63,995 bases of DNA, filler included, from Folioceros fuciformis (GCA_049999805.1; 6 parts of 6 records of this genome joined end to end with filler, not necessarily neighbours in it); one strand, 5' to 3'; positions 22,780-33,923 are shown, numbered from the whole stretch's first letter. Made by a program: numbers and translations. The notes: generated by a model not told the origin, from the letters alone.

Positions 22780-25700
22780 ATGGTCATATTTGGATCTCCG
22801 GCTCACCTCAGTGCAGGTAGTAAACCCCTGAACATCAAAGCCTCCAGGTGCAGCAGAGTACGAAGTCGGAATCCAGCACTTCCACTTCCCACAAAGTATG
22901 TGGCTGGGGACCGCGTTTCCAACGATGCTCGTCGCCAGGAGCAGGAGCAATTGTGGCTGCATCTTTTTCTGGATCCTACCATGTGGTGGGATAGCAGAGG
23001 GGATAAGAAGAGCTCACATTGGCCTGATTTCCGGCGGAAGGGGTCAGGTGAGGTCCTGTGGTTAAACAACATGTTCAAGCCAGCTTGGGTGGATGACCAG
23101 CTCCTTTTCTTGGATACCCACTTGGCTCATGGAGCCTCTTCCAGATCCAGCTCTTCGGAGAAGCCTCAAGCTGACAACAGGCGTGCCACATCGGAAATGG
23201 GCTCCAGGTGCAGCACCAGCGTAAGGACCCCAGCAATTCTACCTCCCACCAAAGATTTGAGTGGGGACGGGTTCTCAAGTGATGCTCGTTGCCAGGTTCA
23301 GCAGGACTTGTGGCAACCATTTTCTCCTGACTCTACCATCCAGTGCCACTATAAACGAGATAAGAAGAGCTCCCGTGCGACCGAATGCCGGCGCAAGGGG
23401 TCGAGCGAGGTCCTGTGGTTAAACAATCTGCATGCCCCAGCTTGGGTTGATGAACAGCTCGTCTCCTCCTTGGATACACGGACGGCTGATGCTTCCGTAT
23501 GCTCTCCTTCCAAGCCGACCTCCCCGGGTAAGCCTCAGCCTGGGAGGCGTGCAGGATGGGAGGTTGGCGTCGTAACGCCCGGCACCGTTACCATGTTATG
23601 TCATCAGGGGAAGCTTTCTGAGGCCATTGTGGCCCTGGAATCTTTGGCGCACATGGACTCCGCTATTTCTCACTCTTTGCTTCGCACGGTGCTCAAACTT
23701 TGTACATCTAGGAAAAATTTGGTTGTGGGTCGACGCCTTCATCATCTCTGTGTCAAGCTGGGGTACGACTCCAATACATCTTTGGGGAGCCACATCTTGC
23801 GCATGTATGCATCTGAAGGTAGGCTGAAGGAGGCGAAGGAAGTGCTCACCAGGGTGGGCAAACCAGATGCCCTTATGTGGTCTTCCATCATTTTCGCATA
23901 TGCTAAGCATGGGAAACCTAACGAAGCCTTGCAACTGTACCAGGAGATGCGTAGGTCAGGAGCCAAGGCAAATGCCCACGTCTTTGCAGCTGCTCTTCAA
24001 GCTTGTGCTTTGGCTGCGGACTTGGAATCGGGCAGAAAAGTGCACTGTGATATACTGCACAGCTGCATTCCCCCTGACATATTCGTTGGCACCTGCCTGT
24101 TGAACATGTATGCAAAATTTGGTGAAATGGAAGATGCACGTCAGGTTTTTGACAGCATCGCTACAAAGGATGTGGTGACGTGGAATGCCCTCATATCTGG
24201 CTATGCAAAATGTGGTCAGCTGGAAGACGCACGTCAGGTTTTTGATAGCGTCAAGACAAAGAACGTTGTGACATGGAATGCCCTGATATCTGGGTATGTG
24301 GAACACGGGCAGGGACATGAGGCCCTTCTTGTGTATGGAGAAATGGAGCGGGAGGGGCTCCTTTTGGCTGACCACGTTACGTTTGCTTGCCTTCTGAAGG
24401 CCTGTGCAAGCACTGGTGCGTTACAGAATGGCAGGCACCTGCACTCCCTGATTGTTGAAAGAGGGCTGCTGGATAACCTGGTGTTGGGTAACTGCGTGGT
24501 GGACATGTATGCAAAATGTGGTGAATTGGAAGATGCGCGCCAGGTTTTTGACAGCTTGGTCACGAAGGATGTGGTGACATGGAATGCCCTCATAGCTGGG
24601 TATGCACATCAAGGCCTCGGCCGAGAGGCGCTTCTTGTGTTTGAGCGAATGGAGGAGGAGGGCCTCGTTTTGGCTGACCATGTTACATTTGCCTGCCTTC
24701 TAAAGGCCTGTTCAAGGACTGGAGACTTACAGAATGGCAGCCATTTGCACTCACAGATTGCTGAAAGACGACTGCTGGATAATGTAGTGTTGGGCACCTG
24801 CCTAGTTGACATGTATGCAAAATGTGGTCAAATGGAAGATGCACGCCGTGTCTTTGACAGCTTAGCTACCAAAAACGTGGTGACATGGACGGCACTGTGT
24901 GCTGGGTATGCACAGCAAGGGCTCGGCCAAGAGGCCCTTGTGGTGTATGGACAAATGGAGGAGGAGGGCCTCACCCTGGCTGACCATGTAACTTTCGCTT
25001 GCCTTCTGAAGGCCTGTGGAAGCAATGGTGCGTTACAGAAGGGCAAGCAGCTGCACTCGCAGATTGTAGAAAGAGGACTGCTGGATAACGTGGTGTTGGG
25101 CACCTGCCTGGTGGACATGTACGCAAAATGTGGTGAACTAGAAGATGCACGCCACATTTTTGACAGCATGAAAACAAAGAATGTGGTGACGTGGAATGCC
25201 CTGATATCTGGGTATGGTAGTTGTGATGATGGTCATACAGCAGTAGCTTGTTTCGAGGAGATGTTATTTGCGGGTATCCAGCCTGATGGTGGTACTTTCA
25301 CTTGCCTTCTATCAGCATGCAGTCATGAGGGACTTGTGCAGGAGGGTCTCAAACACTTTGTTTCCATGGCTGAACTGCATGGCGTCAAACCCACTATTGA
25401 GCATTACACCTGCATGGTCGATCTTCTTGGGCGTGCAGGCCATTTAGGTGAGGCTGAGAGCATGCTTTTGTCATGTGAGGGCCAAAATAATGTTGTGGTC
25501 TTGACGTCCTTGTTGAATGCGTGCAAAAATCATGGGGACATAGAGAGGGCGATGTGGTGTTTTGAAGCCATTGTCAGGTTGGACCCCCACGAGGCGCCTG
25601 CGTATGTGCTCATGGCCAATGCTTACGCAGATGCAGGCAGGTGGACCGATGTACACAGAATCGAATCACAGAGACACATAGCAGGAGCTCACAAGAAACC

Positions 25701-26097
25701 AGCGGTGGCGACCGTTGAGGTGAATAAGCAGGTACATAGGTTCCTGGTGGGAGAAAGGAGGGAGGATATTGCCCTTACGATAGAGAGCTCGAATGCACGG
25801 CTGAAGCAGGAAGGGGGCCATGAACCTCACACAAAATTGGTGTTGAAGCCACTTTCTGAGACGGAGAAGGAGGATGCGCTTTGTGGGCATGCGGAGAAGC
25901 TGGCCCTGGCGTTTGGTCTGTTGAACACTCCGAGTGGGACCCCTCTTGTGGTGACGAAGAATCTACGGATGTGCAGTGACTGCCATAGTTCCACGGAGAT
26001 AATGTCACGGCTTGAACAGCGAGACATTGTTGTGAGGGATGGGTACCGTGTGCATCGATTCGCAAAGGGTTCATGCAGTTGCAAGGGTCGACCATGA
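22780..26097 (+). CDS. PLS-class PPR protein with E1/E2 and DYW:KP (GRP-type) deaminase-like domain, N-terminal transit-like peptide and two PDF-like motifs; candidate U-to-C organellar RNA-editing factor
   Basis: Uninterrupted ORF (open from 22699; first ATG 22780) with P-L-S triplets, an SS motif and P2-L2-S2, then KKPAVATVEV, CGHAEKLALAFG, KNLRMCSDCH and HRF..GSCSCKGRP-stop. Confidence 0.95.
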   Translation: MVIFGSPAHLSAGSKPLNIKASRCSRVRSRNPALPLPTKYVAGDRVSNDARRQEQEQLWLHLFLDPTMWWDSRGDKKSSHWPDFRRKGSGEVLWLNNMFKPAWVDDQLLFLDTHLAHGASSRSSSSEKPQADNRRATSEMGSRCSTSVRTPAILPPTKDLSGDGFSSDARCQVQQDLWQPFSPDSTIQCHYKRDKKSSRATECRRKGSSEVLWLNNLHAPAWVDEQLVSSLDTRTADASVCSPSKPTSPGKPQPGRRAGWEVGVVTPGTVTMLCHQGKLSEAIVALESLAHMDSAISHSLLRTVLKLCTSRKNLVVGRRLHHLCVKLGYDSNTSLGSHILRMYASEGRLKEAKEVLTRVGKPDALMWSSIIFAYAKHGKPNEALQLYQEMRRSGAKANAHVFAAALQACALAADLESGRKVHCDILHSCIPPDIFVGTCLLNMYAKFGEMEDARQVFDSIATKDVVTWNALISGYAKCGQLEDARQVFDSVKTKNVVTWNALISGYVEHGQGHEALLVYGEMEREGLLLADHVTFACLLKACASTGALQNGRHLHSLIVERGLLDNLVLGNCVVDMYAKCGELEDARQVFDSLVTKDVVTWNALIAGYAHQGLGREALLVFERMEEEGLVLADHVTFACLLKACSRTGDLQNGSHLHSQIAERRLLDNVVLGTCLVDMYAKCGQMEDARRVFDSLATKNVVTWTALCAGYAQQGLGQEALVVYGQMEEEGLTLADHVTFACLLKACGSNGALQKGKQLHSQIVERGLLDNVVLGTCLVDMYAKCGELEDARHIFDSMKTKNVVTWNALISGYGSCDDGHTAVACFEEMLFAGIQPDGGTFTCLLSACSHEGLVQEGLKHFVSMAELHGVKPTIEHYTCMVDLLGRAGHLGEAESMLLSCEGQNNVVVLTSLLNACKNHGDIERAMWCFEAIVRLDPHEAPAYVLMANAYADAGRWTDVHRIESQRHIAGAHKKPAVATVEVNKQVHRFLVGERREDIALTIESSNARLKQEGGHEPHTKLVLKPLSETEKEDALCGHAEKLALAFGLLNTPSGTPLVVTKNLRMCSDCHSSTEIMSRLEQRDIVVRDGYRVHRFAKGSCSCKGRP

Positions 26098-26641
26098 AAA
26101 CAATGAAAGTTCCAGCGAGTACTTTACCTCTGCTGTGTATTGTGGGTAGTAGAGATGTCATTCGCGTTCTTCCTTGGGAGTGGCGTGAAATCGAGATTGT
26201 GGAACTGAAGGTGAAAGCTTCTGCCAGTGTTTCCAACTTGACGGCCGGTATATCATCTCTAACTGCACACCTGCGGAATGGAGTGTGTGCACACCTCTCC
26301 CCTTCTCTGTGTGGAATGTTCATGCTTCAAATCGATTGAAGTAGCAGAGCGTGACCCCACCAACTCATGTCCAGCCCTCCATCTCCATATATTTTCCTGT
26401 TTCTCGGTACCCAAGGACAATCAGCCTGCGCTATCTATCCGTCTTTCCTTCAGGGTGACATCTTGCATAGTGGGCTTCCACTCACTACAGGTGATCAACT
26501 ATGATCTTCACTATCTCGTCTTTACTCACCGCTCTTGGAATTTTATTTCTCACAATTAAGCATACTTGGCTCCACGGCTTGCAACCTGTTGTGCAAAAGT
26601 TCTAAAGTTCTAAGCTTCCTCTGTGGCGGACACTTCCAAGG

Positions 26642-26755
26642 CTTACTTAAGGTTTGGCCAGAAATCCACCTATAACAACGTCTGAATTAAATCAGGTCTT
26701 ACTTAAGGTTTGGCCAGAAATCCTCCTATAACAACGTCTGAATTAAATCAGGTCT
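26642..26755. repeat. Tandem duplication of a ~56-bp unit
   Basis: CTTACTTAAGGTTTGGCCAGAAATC...AATTAAATCAGGT occurs twice. Confidence 0.85.
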
Positions 26756-27158
26756 GTCCACACAAATTGGTTTTCATTCTAAATCCAAATGAATTTGGTT
26801 TTCACTCTAAATCCAAATGGTAAATGGCCATGTTCGCAATCATCCGCTTTTTTTTCTAGTCTGGTGCACACCATGCACTCTTTACGGTGCAATCACATCG
26901 GGAATGATATGATGAGACATAAATGTTTTAGATCTTCGACCATGCATGATTCTAAATGTCCATTGATACTATTTGTTCTCAAAAAACCCTGTTTTTTGCA
27001 TGTATTTGATTCATTTCAAATAGTGGGTCTTCAGTTCTGGGTTACCCTAGAGTTCGCCAATCTCGCCTATTCTTTTCCTATTCTTCACTTCTGATCTCAT
27101 CACTCAACTTCAAACCATGGGTGGTGGCACTGGCTAGATTGATGACACGGGGGCATAT

Positions 27159-27258
27159 NNNNNNNNNNNNNNNNNNNNNNNNNNNNNNNNNNNNNNNNNN
27201 NNTTAATTAATTAANNNNNNNNNNNNNNNNNNNNNNNNNNNNNNNNNNNNNNNNNNNN
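27159..27258. other. Assembly gap spacer; identical spacers at 40841-40940, 50642-50741, 53673-53772 and 60897-60996
   Basis: 44 N + TTAATTAATTAA (stops in six frames) + 44 N. Confidence 0.98.
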
Positions 27259-27300
27259 TTTAAAAGTGACTCGTTAAAGTTTTTTATTCATAGCAGGCAT

Positions 27301-30300
27301 TGTGAGTTAGAGTTAGAGTTAATTTAATCCTAGTTAGGGTCAACGGTCACACCCTTTCCAAAGGGGCATTTTCTTGACTCTTAAGATGTGTCTATTTAAC
27401 AATTATTACAATTAATAATAATAATATCTTTGTGTTCTTCACAATCACATGGTATCAGAGCATGGTTTTTATAAAACAAAAATGTCTCTTTTCATAAGAG
27501 AATTTTCTCTCAAAATATACATTAATTTCTGAACACAAGATCTCTTAATGGATACATATCATTTTGAGAATCTTTTAAATAAATTATTTAAATCAAATCC
27601 TTCAAAAAGAAATAAGAATTTTTCTAATTTCTATTCTAGTAAAAAGCATGAAATCATTTCAATTCCAAAGTAGAACAAGAAACAACATAGTTTAAATTAT
27701 GTTCAAGACAAAGATACCAAAGTTTATCTTCAATCTTTAGAAAGAAAGATAGATGCTATATATTCTAGAATTAATATTTTTTATAGAACATATGGATTTA
27801 TTTAATTATCACATTAGAAATCTAATATCTGATGTTAATCTGGTAATTGAGTTTAACAACAAAGAGACTCAATCTCAATCTTCTCAAACAGAAGATCTCT
27901 AGAAGTTTCTTTATTAAGAACTTGTCTTGATTAGAACATAGTGTTCTTCTTTAAAATTTTCTTCCAAGATATATATATATATATATATATATCTTCAAAA
28001 ATATTTCTTTATAGACTATTTTAGTTTAAATAATCAACATGGCATCTTCATCTACTTCTCAAATTCGTGCTTAGAATATTGAGAAGCTCTCAGATCATAA
28101 CTGGCATACATGGTCTTATAAAATTCAAATGTTACTTAAGAAGTTAGGGCTTTGGCTTGTAGTGGATGGCACACATGCTAAACCTGCAACTGGAGATCCT
28201 GCTGAAGCTGCTTGGCTAATTTTAGATAATCATGCCCAAACAGAGATTGTTCTCCATTTAGGAGACCGTCACATTGCTAAAGTTAAGCGGCTAACTACGT
28301 CCAAGGACATTTGGGACAAGTTAACAGGTTGTTTTCAGGAGGTTAGTTTAACAACTCAACTCCTACAACAAGATAAACTAGCTGCTTTAAAGCTAAAAGA
28401 AGGAGAATCTGTAACGGATTTTCTCTCAACTTGGGAACAAGCTCTTGATGAGGCTATCTCATCCGGCGTGATTGTGGATGACAAGACACAAGTGATGAGG
28501 TTGCTTAGTTCTCTGCCTCCATCCTGGAGACCTTTTGTGTCTACAATATTCAGTTTAGACACAATGGCTCATCCTCTCACTCTTACATCTCTGTTGGCAA
28601 AAATCCGGCATGCAGCTATTTTGAGAGGCGTTCATCTTTCAGATACCAGTAACACAGGTACCTCAGCTCTCTATGCGGGTCCTAAAAAACCCAGAAATAA
28701 GGGCAGAGTTCCTTTCAAAACTGGTACTCCTTTTCAACCTGGACCTAAATCCAGACCACCTCCAAATAATCCAGCTCATAAGGATCTAATTTGCCACTAC
28801 TGTAAGAAGAAGGGCCACATAGCCCCAGAGTGTCGCAAGCGGAAACATGACAGAGTTAATGGCATTACGGCCTTCTCTAATCATGCGCTTAATTCTTCAG
28901 CCACTGCTTCTACAACTTCTACAGGGGTACCTGCTTACCTGTTTGCTGCTCACTCTCCTATTTTGCTACCAGAACCTCTTTCCAATTGGTGGCTTCTTGA
29001 CAGTGGTTGCACTAAGCACATGACTCCTCGGAGAGACTGGTTTTTCACATATGCTCCTTTATCGCAGCCGAAACCTGTTCATCTTGGTGATAACTCCACT
29101 CTTCTGGGTATTGCCATAGGCACTGTACAAATTCAGATACAGGGCATTACTGCCTTTGTGAAAGATGTTTTACATGTCCCTGGTCTTTCTCAAAATCTTC
29201 TATCTGCCCATCAAGCTACAATGAAGGTTGGCAATTTTATTACTTTTTCCCATCGAGGCTGTCACGTCAAACTGAATGCAGGTAACGATCAGAGCTTACA
29301 GCTTATCTGTCCTCCTGTGGGATGTCTCTATCCCATAGCTCGAGGCTTAGTTCCTTCCCCTGACAATAACCTGGCTGTGGTTTCTGCCACATCCAGCCCT
29401 TCCTCTTTAAGTCTCATCACCGCAAACAAGCTCAGTGATCAGACTACGTTGTGGCATTTAAGGCTATCTCATCTTCATATCCAGGGCTTACATCGAATGC
29501 AGAAGCAACAGATGGTTGTTGGCTTACCCCCACTATCTGACTTGCCTTTGTGTCCCGGTTGCCTTAAGGGTAAACAACATCTTCAACCCTATCCTAGGTC
29601 CGCTTCTCATACTACTCAATTACTTGAGCTTGTCCATGCTGACTTGTGCGGTCCTATGCAGACACCTTCTATTGTAGGCAAACTTTACATGTTTGTCCTC
29701 CTAGATGATTTTAGCCACTATACCCTTCTTTACTTTCTCACTCATAAGTCAGAGGCATTTCCTAGCTTTCGAATCTTTCAGGCTTTAGCTGAGAATCAAA
29801 CTGGTAACAAGATCAAGATTTTTCGGTCTTATAATGCTAAGGAATTAACTTCCCATGCCTTTGAAGCTCACCTGCTTGCTTGTGGCATTCAACATCAAAA
29901 GATAGTGCCTTATGCCCATCAACAACTTGGCAAGGCTGAGCGTCGTAACAGGTCTCTTCTTGATGCTATGTGGAGCTCTTTGGCTACAGCCCACCTTCCC
30001 CATTCTTTTTGGGCCGAAGCTGCTGCTACAGTTTGTTACGTGCAAAATCAGTGCAACACTTCCACTGTTCCTGACAAGACTCCATACGAAGTCTGGACAG
30101 GACGCAAGCCGAATATTAGTCATCTTCGTGTTTTTGGCTGTGATGCGTATGCTCATGTTCCACCAGAACTTCGGAAGAAATTGGATTCGCGATCCACCAA
30201 ACTCACCTTTATTGGTTATGGTGAATCTGATGGTGTCAAAGGCTATCGTTTGATGGCCAGACGCACCCGGCGTATCACTCTTGCTCGGAATGTCCTATTT

Positions 30301-32651
30301 GATGAGCTTTCACCATTGTCTCCCTCTTCTCCGAGCTTGCCTGAAGTTCTCCAGCCCGACCCTGCTTCCATGGCTACCTGCTTTGAAGATGGTGCTATTC
30401 CGGTTGTTCGTCCAACATGTCCTCCAGCCCCGCCTCCTTCCCCTCCGCCTGGTGGTGTATATGCTCCTGCAACTCCGGTTCGCTCCCTGCCTCATCCAGT
30501 GGAAGCCACTCCTGTGGATGATTTTGGTCTTGGGGACCCTTCCTCGCCTCAGGGGGTGCAGGATTTGGACGGTGCGGTTTTGCCTCTGGCCCCTGCTCTT
30601 GATACCCGCCTACCGGATTCTAGTGATACAGTTTCCCCGCCTGTTTTTTCCCCCGGTGTGTTATCTTCTCCCAACCCTGGCAGACCTATGCCGCTATCGG
30701 GGGGAGACGGTGCAGAAGCACACAGGGATTTAGCTGCACAAGCTCCTGCCGAATTGTTAATCCGTGCACCTGCCAACTCACCTGGTCCACGTATAAGACG
30801 TTCCTCAAGAACAACTAAAGGAATACTAGGTACGCGTTATGATGACCTTCAGTTTTCCCGTGGCTTAATAGCAAGCCCCGTCTCTATTATCAGTGATCCG
30901 CGTGCCGTTCGGGAAGCACTTAAGGGTGTTGAAGGCCCTGAGTGGCAAGCCGCTATGGATCGAGAGTTCGATTCACTTATTTCTAATGCTACTTGGACTC
31001 TCGTGGATCCTCCTCCTGGCCGAAGTATCGTGTCCAGCAAATGGGTCTTAAAAAAGAAATACAATGCCGATGGCAGTCTTTCAAAGTACAAGGCCAGACT
31101 TGTGGCGCGGGGGTTTACACAAAAGGACGGCTTAGACTATCAAAAAGAAAGCACATACAGTCCAGTCGTGAAACTTACCTCGCTTAGGGTCATGCTTGCT
31201 TTATTTGCCATCCACAAGCTACATGTCCATCAAATGGATGTACAAACGGCCTTCCTGAATGGCGTTCTTCGAGAAGAAATCTATCTTCAACAACCTGAGG
31301 GCTACATTAAACCTGGTGAAGCCCATAAAGTGTGTAAACTCCATAAGACATTATACGGATTAAAACAATCTCCTCGTGGCTGGTATGAGAGGTTACAAAT
31401 CTTTCTTCTAAGTAAGGGCTTCAACAAATCACATGCAGATTCCAGTGTCTTCATAAGAAGACAAGGTAACGCTCACCTTATAATGGGTCTATATGTTGAT
31501 GACCTTGTACTTTGTTCCAATGATCTCGGTTTTCTCAACTTGATCAAAGGTGAGCTCAGTAAGGAGTTTCTAATGACTGACAACGGTAACATCAAGTATC
31601 TACTTGGTGTCCAGGTTATCATGACCTCCGATAGCATAAGTCTTTATCAAGAGAGGTACATTCTTGACATGCTAGAAAAGTACCAGATGCAGAATTGTAA
31701 ACCCGTTGACACCCCTATGCAAACTGGTGAAAGGCTACGTTCTTCTATGTGCCCCAATACTCCTACAAAGATAGCAGAGATGAAGGATATACCCTATAAA
31801 GGGATTGTAGGTAGTATACAGCACTTGGTACAGAATACCAGATTTGATGTTGCTTGTGCCTGTAACCAGACTGCTCAGTTTCAAGCTTCCCCTGGAAAGC
31901 CCCATTGGGTGGCTGCCAAGCGTATTCTCCGATATCTTCAAAAGACTAAGACTTTTGGCATCACTTATTCTGGAGGTACGGGTGCACAAGACAAGCTTCT
32001 AGGATGGACAGACTCCGATTGGGCTGGTGATCCAGACTCCAGAAAGTCTACATCCGGTTATGTTTTCACTCTTGCTGGTGGTGCTGTCAGTTGGAAGTCC
32101 AAGAAGCAAGCCTGTGTTGCTCAAAGTTCCGTAGAGTCTGAGTATATTGCTGTAGCTGCTGCCGCAAAGGAAGCCATTTGGCTTGTTCAACTTCTGGAAG
32201 ATCTCGGTTATCCTCATGATGGGCCTGTAGAAGTTAGGTGTGATAATCAGGCTGCCATCTCTCTTTCTCGAGATCAGCGCTTCCATGATCGTTCAAAGCA
32301 CATTGAATTGCGCTATCATTACCTTCGTGAGAAGGTGGAATCATGTCAACTTCTTCTTACTTATCTCCCGACATCGGAGCAAGCTGCAGATATTCTCACG
32401 AAGCCCGTGTCTCGCCTTATACTTGATCGTTGCTGCCAGATGCTAGGCTTGTCCTCACTCTCATGAGAGAGTGATTATTTCCTACCTAGGATTAAGGGGG
32501 TGTGTGAGTTAGAGTTAGAGTTAATTTAATCCTAGTTAGGGTCGACGGTCACACCCTTTCGAAAGGGGCATTTTCTTGACTCTTAAGATGTGTCTATTTA
32601 ACAATTATTACAATTAATAATAATAATATCTTTGTGTTCTTCACAATCACA
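27301..32651 (+). mobile_element. Young full-length Ty1/Copia element 4; 149-bp LTRs (27301-27449, 32503-32651)
   Basis: The LTRs differ at 2 positions by eye. PBS TGGTATCAGAGC at 27450-27461, PPT TAAGGGGGTG, TSD GGCAT/GGCAC. Confidence 0.97.
28039..32466 (+). CDS. Copia gag-pol polyprotein (gag, CCHC knuckle, PR, INT, RT, RNase H); early in-frame TAG at 28072, open from 28129
   Basis: CHYCKKKGHIAPEC, WLLDSGCT, LWHLRLSH, HADLCGP, YKARLVARG, YVDD, DSDWAGD, ADILTK. Confidence 0.95.
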
Positions 32652-32939
32652 GGCACATAGCCAGGTTCTTTTTAGTGAACCACGCTGTTTAGTGCGCGGT
32701 AGACCAGCACACTCTAAGGAGGATTTGGTTTTCAGACAAAATTTAACCGGTGTTCTACTTTATGTCTCAGTTGGATTGAGTTGGTTTAGACATTTTTGAT
32801 TATGTGTGGTGTCCACGACATGTCCAAACAATATGTTTTTTAAAAAACAGCTTAAATGTGGATATGTGACTAGGATGGTGTACATTCAAAAGTGCGCCAA
32901 ACGGGCTTCATCGAATACGACTGTTAGACGCAAACCGTG

Positions 32940-33923
32940 TTACATACCTTTCCTTTGCACATTCCACAACTTAGATATTTCACTCAATGGGCATAGAGCT
33001 CCAAATTCCACTTCTTTTGTAGTCAGGTCTCTTCCATGCTGTTGTCGAAATTTGAAAATCCATCCTTTCTTGCTGTGTTGCCTAAGCTCAACACGAGCCC
33101 ATGTTAGGATGTCTTGCCAAACCTTGTCATCAGCCATTGGTGGCTGGAATTGTTGTGATCGCGGCCTCCCGACTCGCTTCTCCTTCATCGTACAAGCTCT
33201 GGCCGCTTCCACATATCGGGAGTTTCGACTCCTTGTGTAGTATCTAAAATACCTCGAAACCATTGTCTTGATGGAGAGGTCTAGAAACTCCTGCCACACA
33301 GATTCGCATAGAACCTTCCATTGCAGACGAGGCACCTCGCTCCACTTTCTCGGTTTCTCCTTCATGGCCTTCGTTGGGATGGCCTCCATAAACACCTTGT
33401 GCCTGGGGGAGAACAACCCTCCAAACAACAAGGCCGTTGAAGACGGCACACCAATGCCAGGAACTCCATCCCCATTTGTAGGTGGCGCAATTGTGCGAAC
33501 GGGTTCAATCGCAAGGCGTTCATGGGCCCATCGAATCTTGTGTTTGTTTAGTAGGGCTTGTAGCAACTGGGAGTTATCCATGTGCTCCACGATCACCTCC
33601 ACGCCATCCTTGTAGGAATAATGATGGACACCTGCCTCCCCACCAGCAACTATGAAATTCCCCTGCCAAGCATCGTGCAACGCCGCTGCAGACTGGTGCA
33701 TTGTGGTCGGCGCCAAGCCTCCATACCCGCAAGGCCCTTCTGCTCCGGGTTCCTGCAAATCTGGGACTTCGTCTAGTGGGGAAAAGTTTTCGAGTTCAAT
33801 GTCCTCGGGCTGGCTATCACAGCTTGTGAAATCGCCGATGGCTTCGTCGTCCGAGGCCCACACAACGGTGCCATTCTTCCCAACCCTCCAATCGGTAGTG
33901 GATTGATTCCCCTGCAAGCACAA
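32940..33923 (-). CDS. Hypothetical 327-aa ORF, possibly a DNA-transposon accessory protein fragment
   Basis: Long ORF with a basic, Trp-rich helical C-terminal half and no recognised catalytic motif. Confidence 0.35.
   Translation of the reverse strand: MCLQGNQSTTDWRVGKNGTVVWASDDEAIGDFTSCDSQPEDIELENFSPLDEVPDLQEPGAEGPCGYGGLAPTTMHQSAAALHDAWQGNFIVAGGEAGVHHYSYKDGVEVIVEHMDNSQLLQALLNKHKIRWAHERLAIEPVRTIAPPTNGDGVPGIGVPSSTALLFGGLFSPRHKVFMEAIPTKAMKEKPRKWSEVPRLQWKVLCESVWQEFLDLSIKTMVSRYFRYYTRSRNSRYVEAARACTMKEKRVGRPRSQQFQPPMADDKVWQDILTWARVELRQHSKKGWIFKFRQQHGRDLTTKEVEFGALCPLSEISKLWNVQRKGM

Noticed and set aside
22803-26323. Many antisense ORFs over the PPR gene
   Set aside because: Shadow frames of a repetitive coding sequence.
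27159-27258. TTAATTAATTAA palindrome flanked by N, seen five times
   Set aside because: Artificial scaffold spacer with six-frame stops; ORFs running through the N blocks are artefacts.
28072-28074. Repair of the Copia TAG (or the PAE TGA) by the neighbouring U-to-C editor
   Set aside because: DYW:KP factors act in organelles, the PAE stop would need A-to-G, the loci are separated by a gap, and ordinary C-to-T decay explains the stops.
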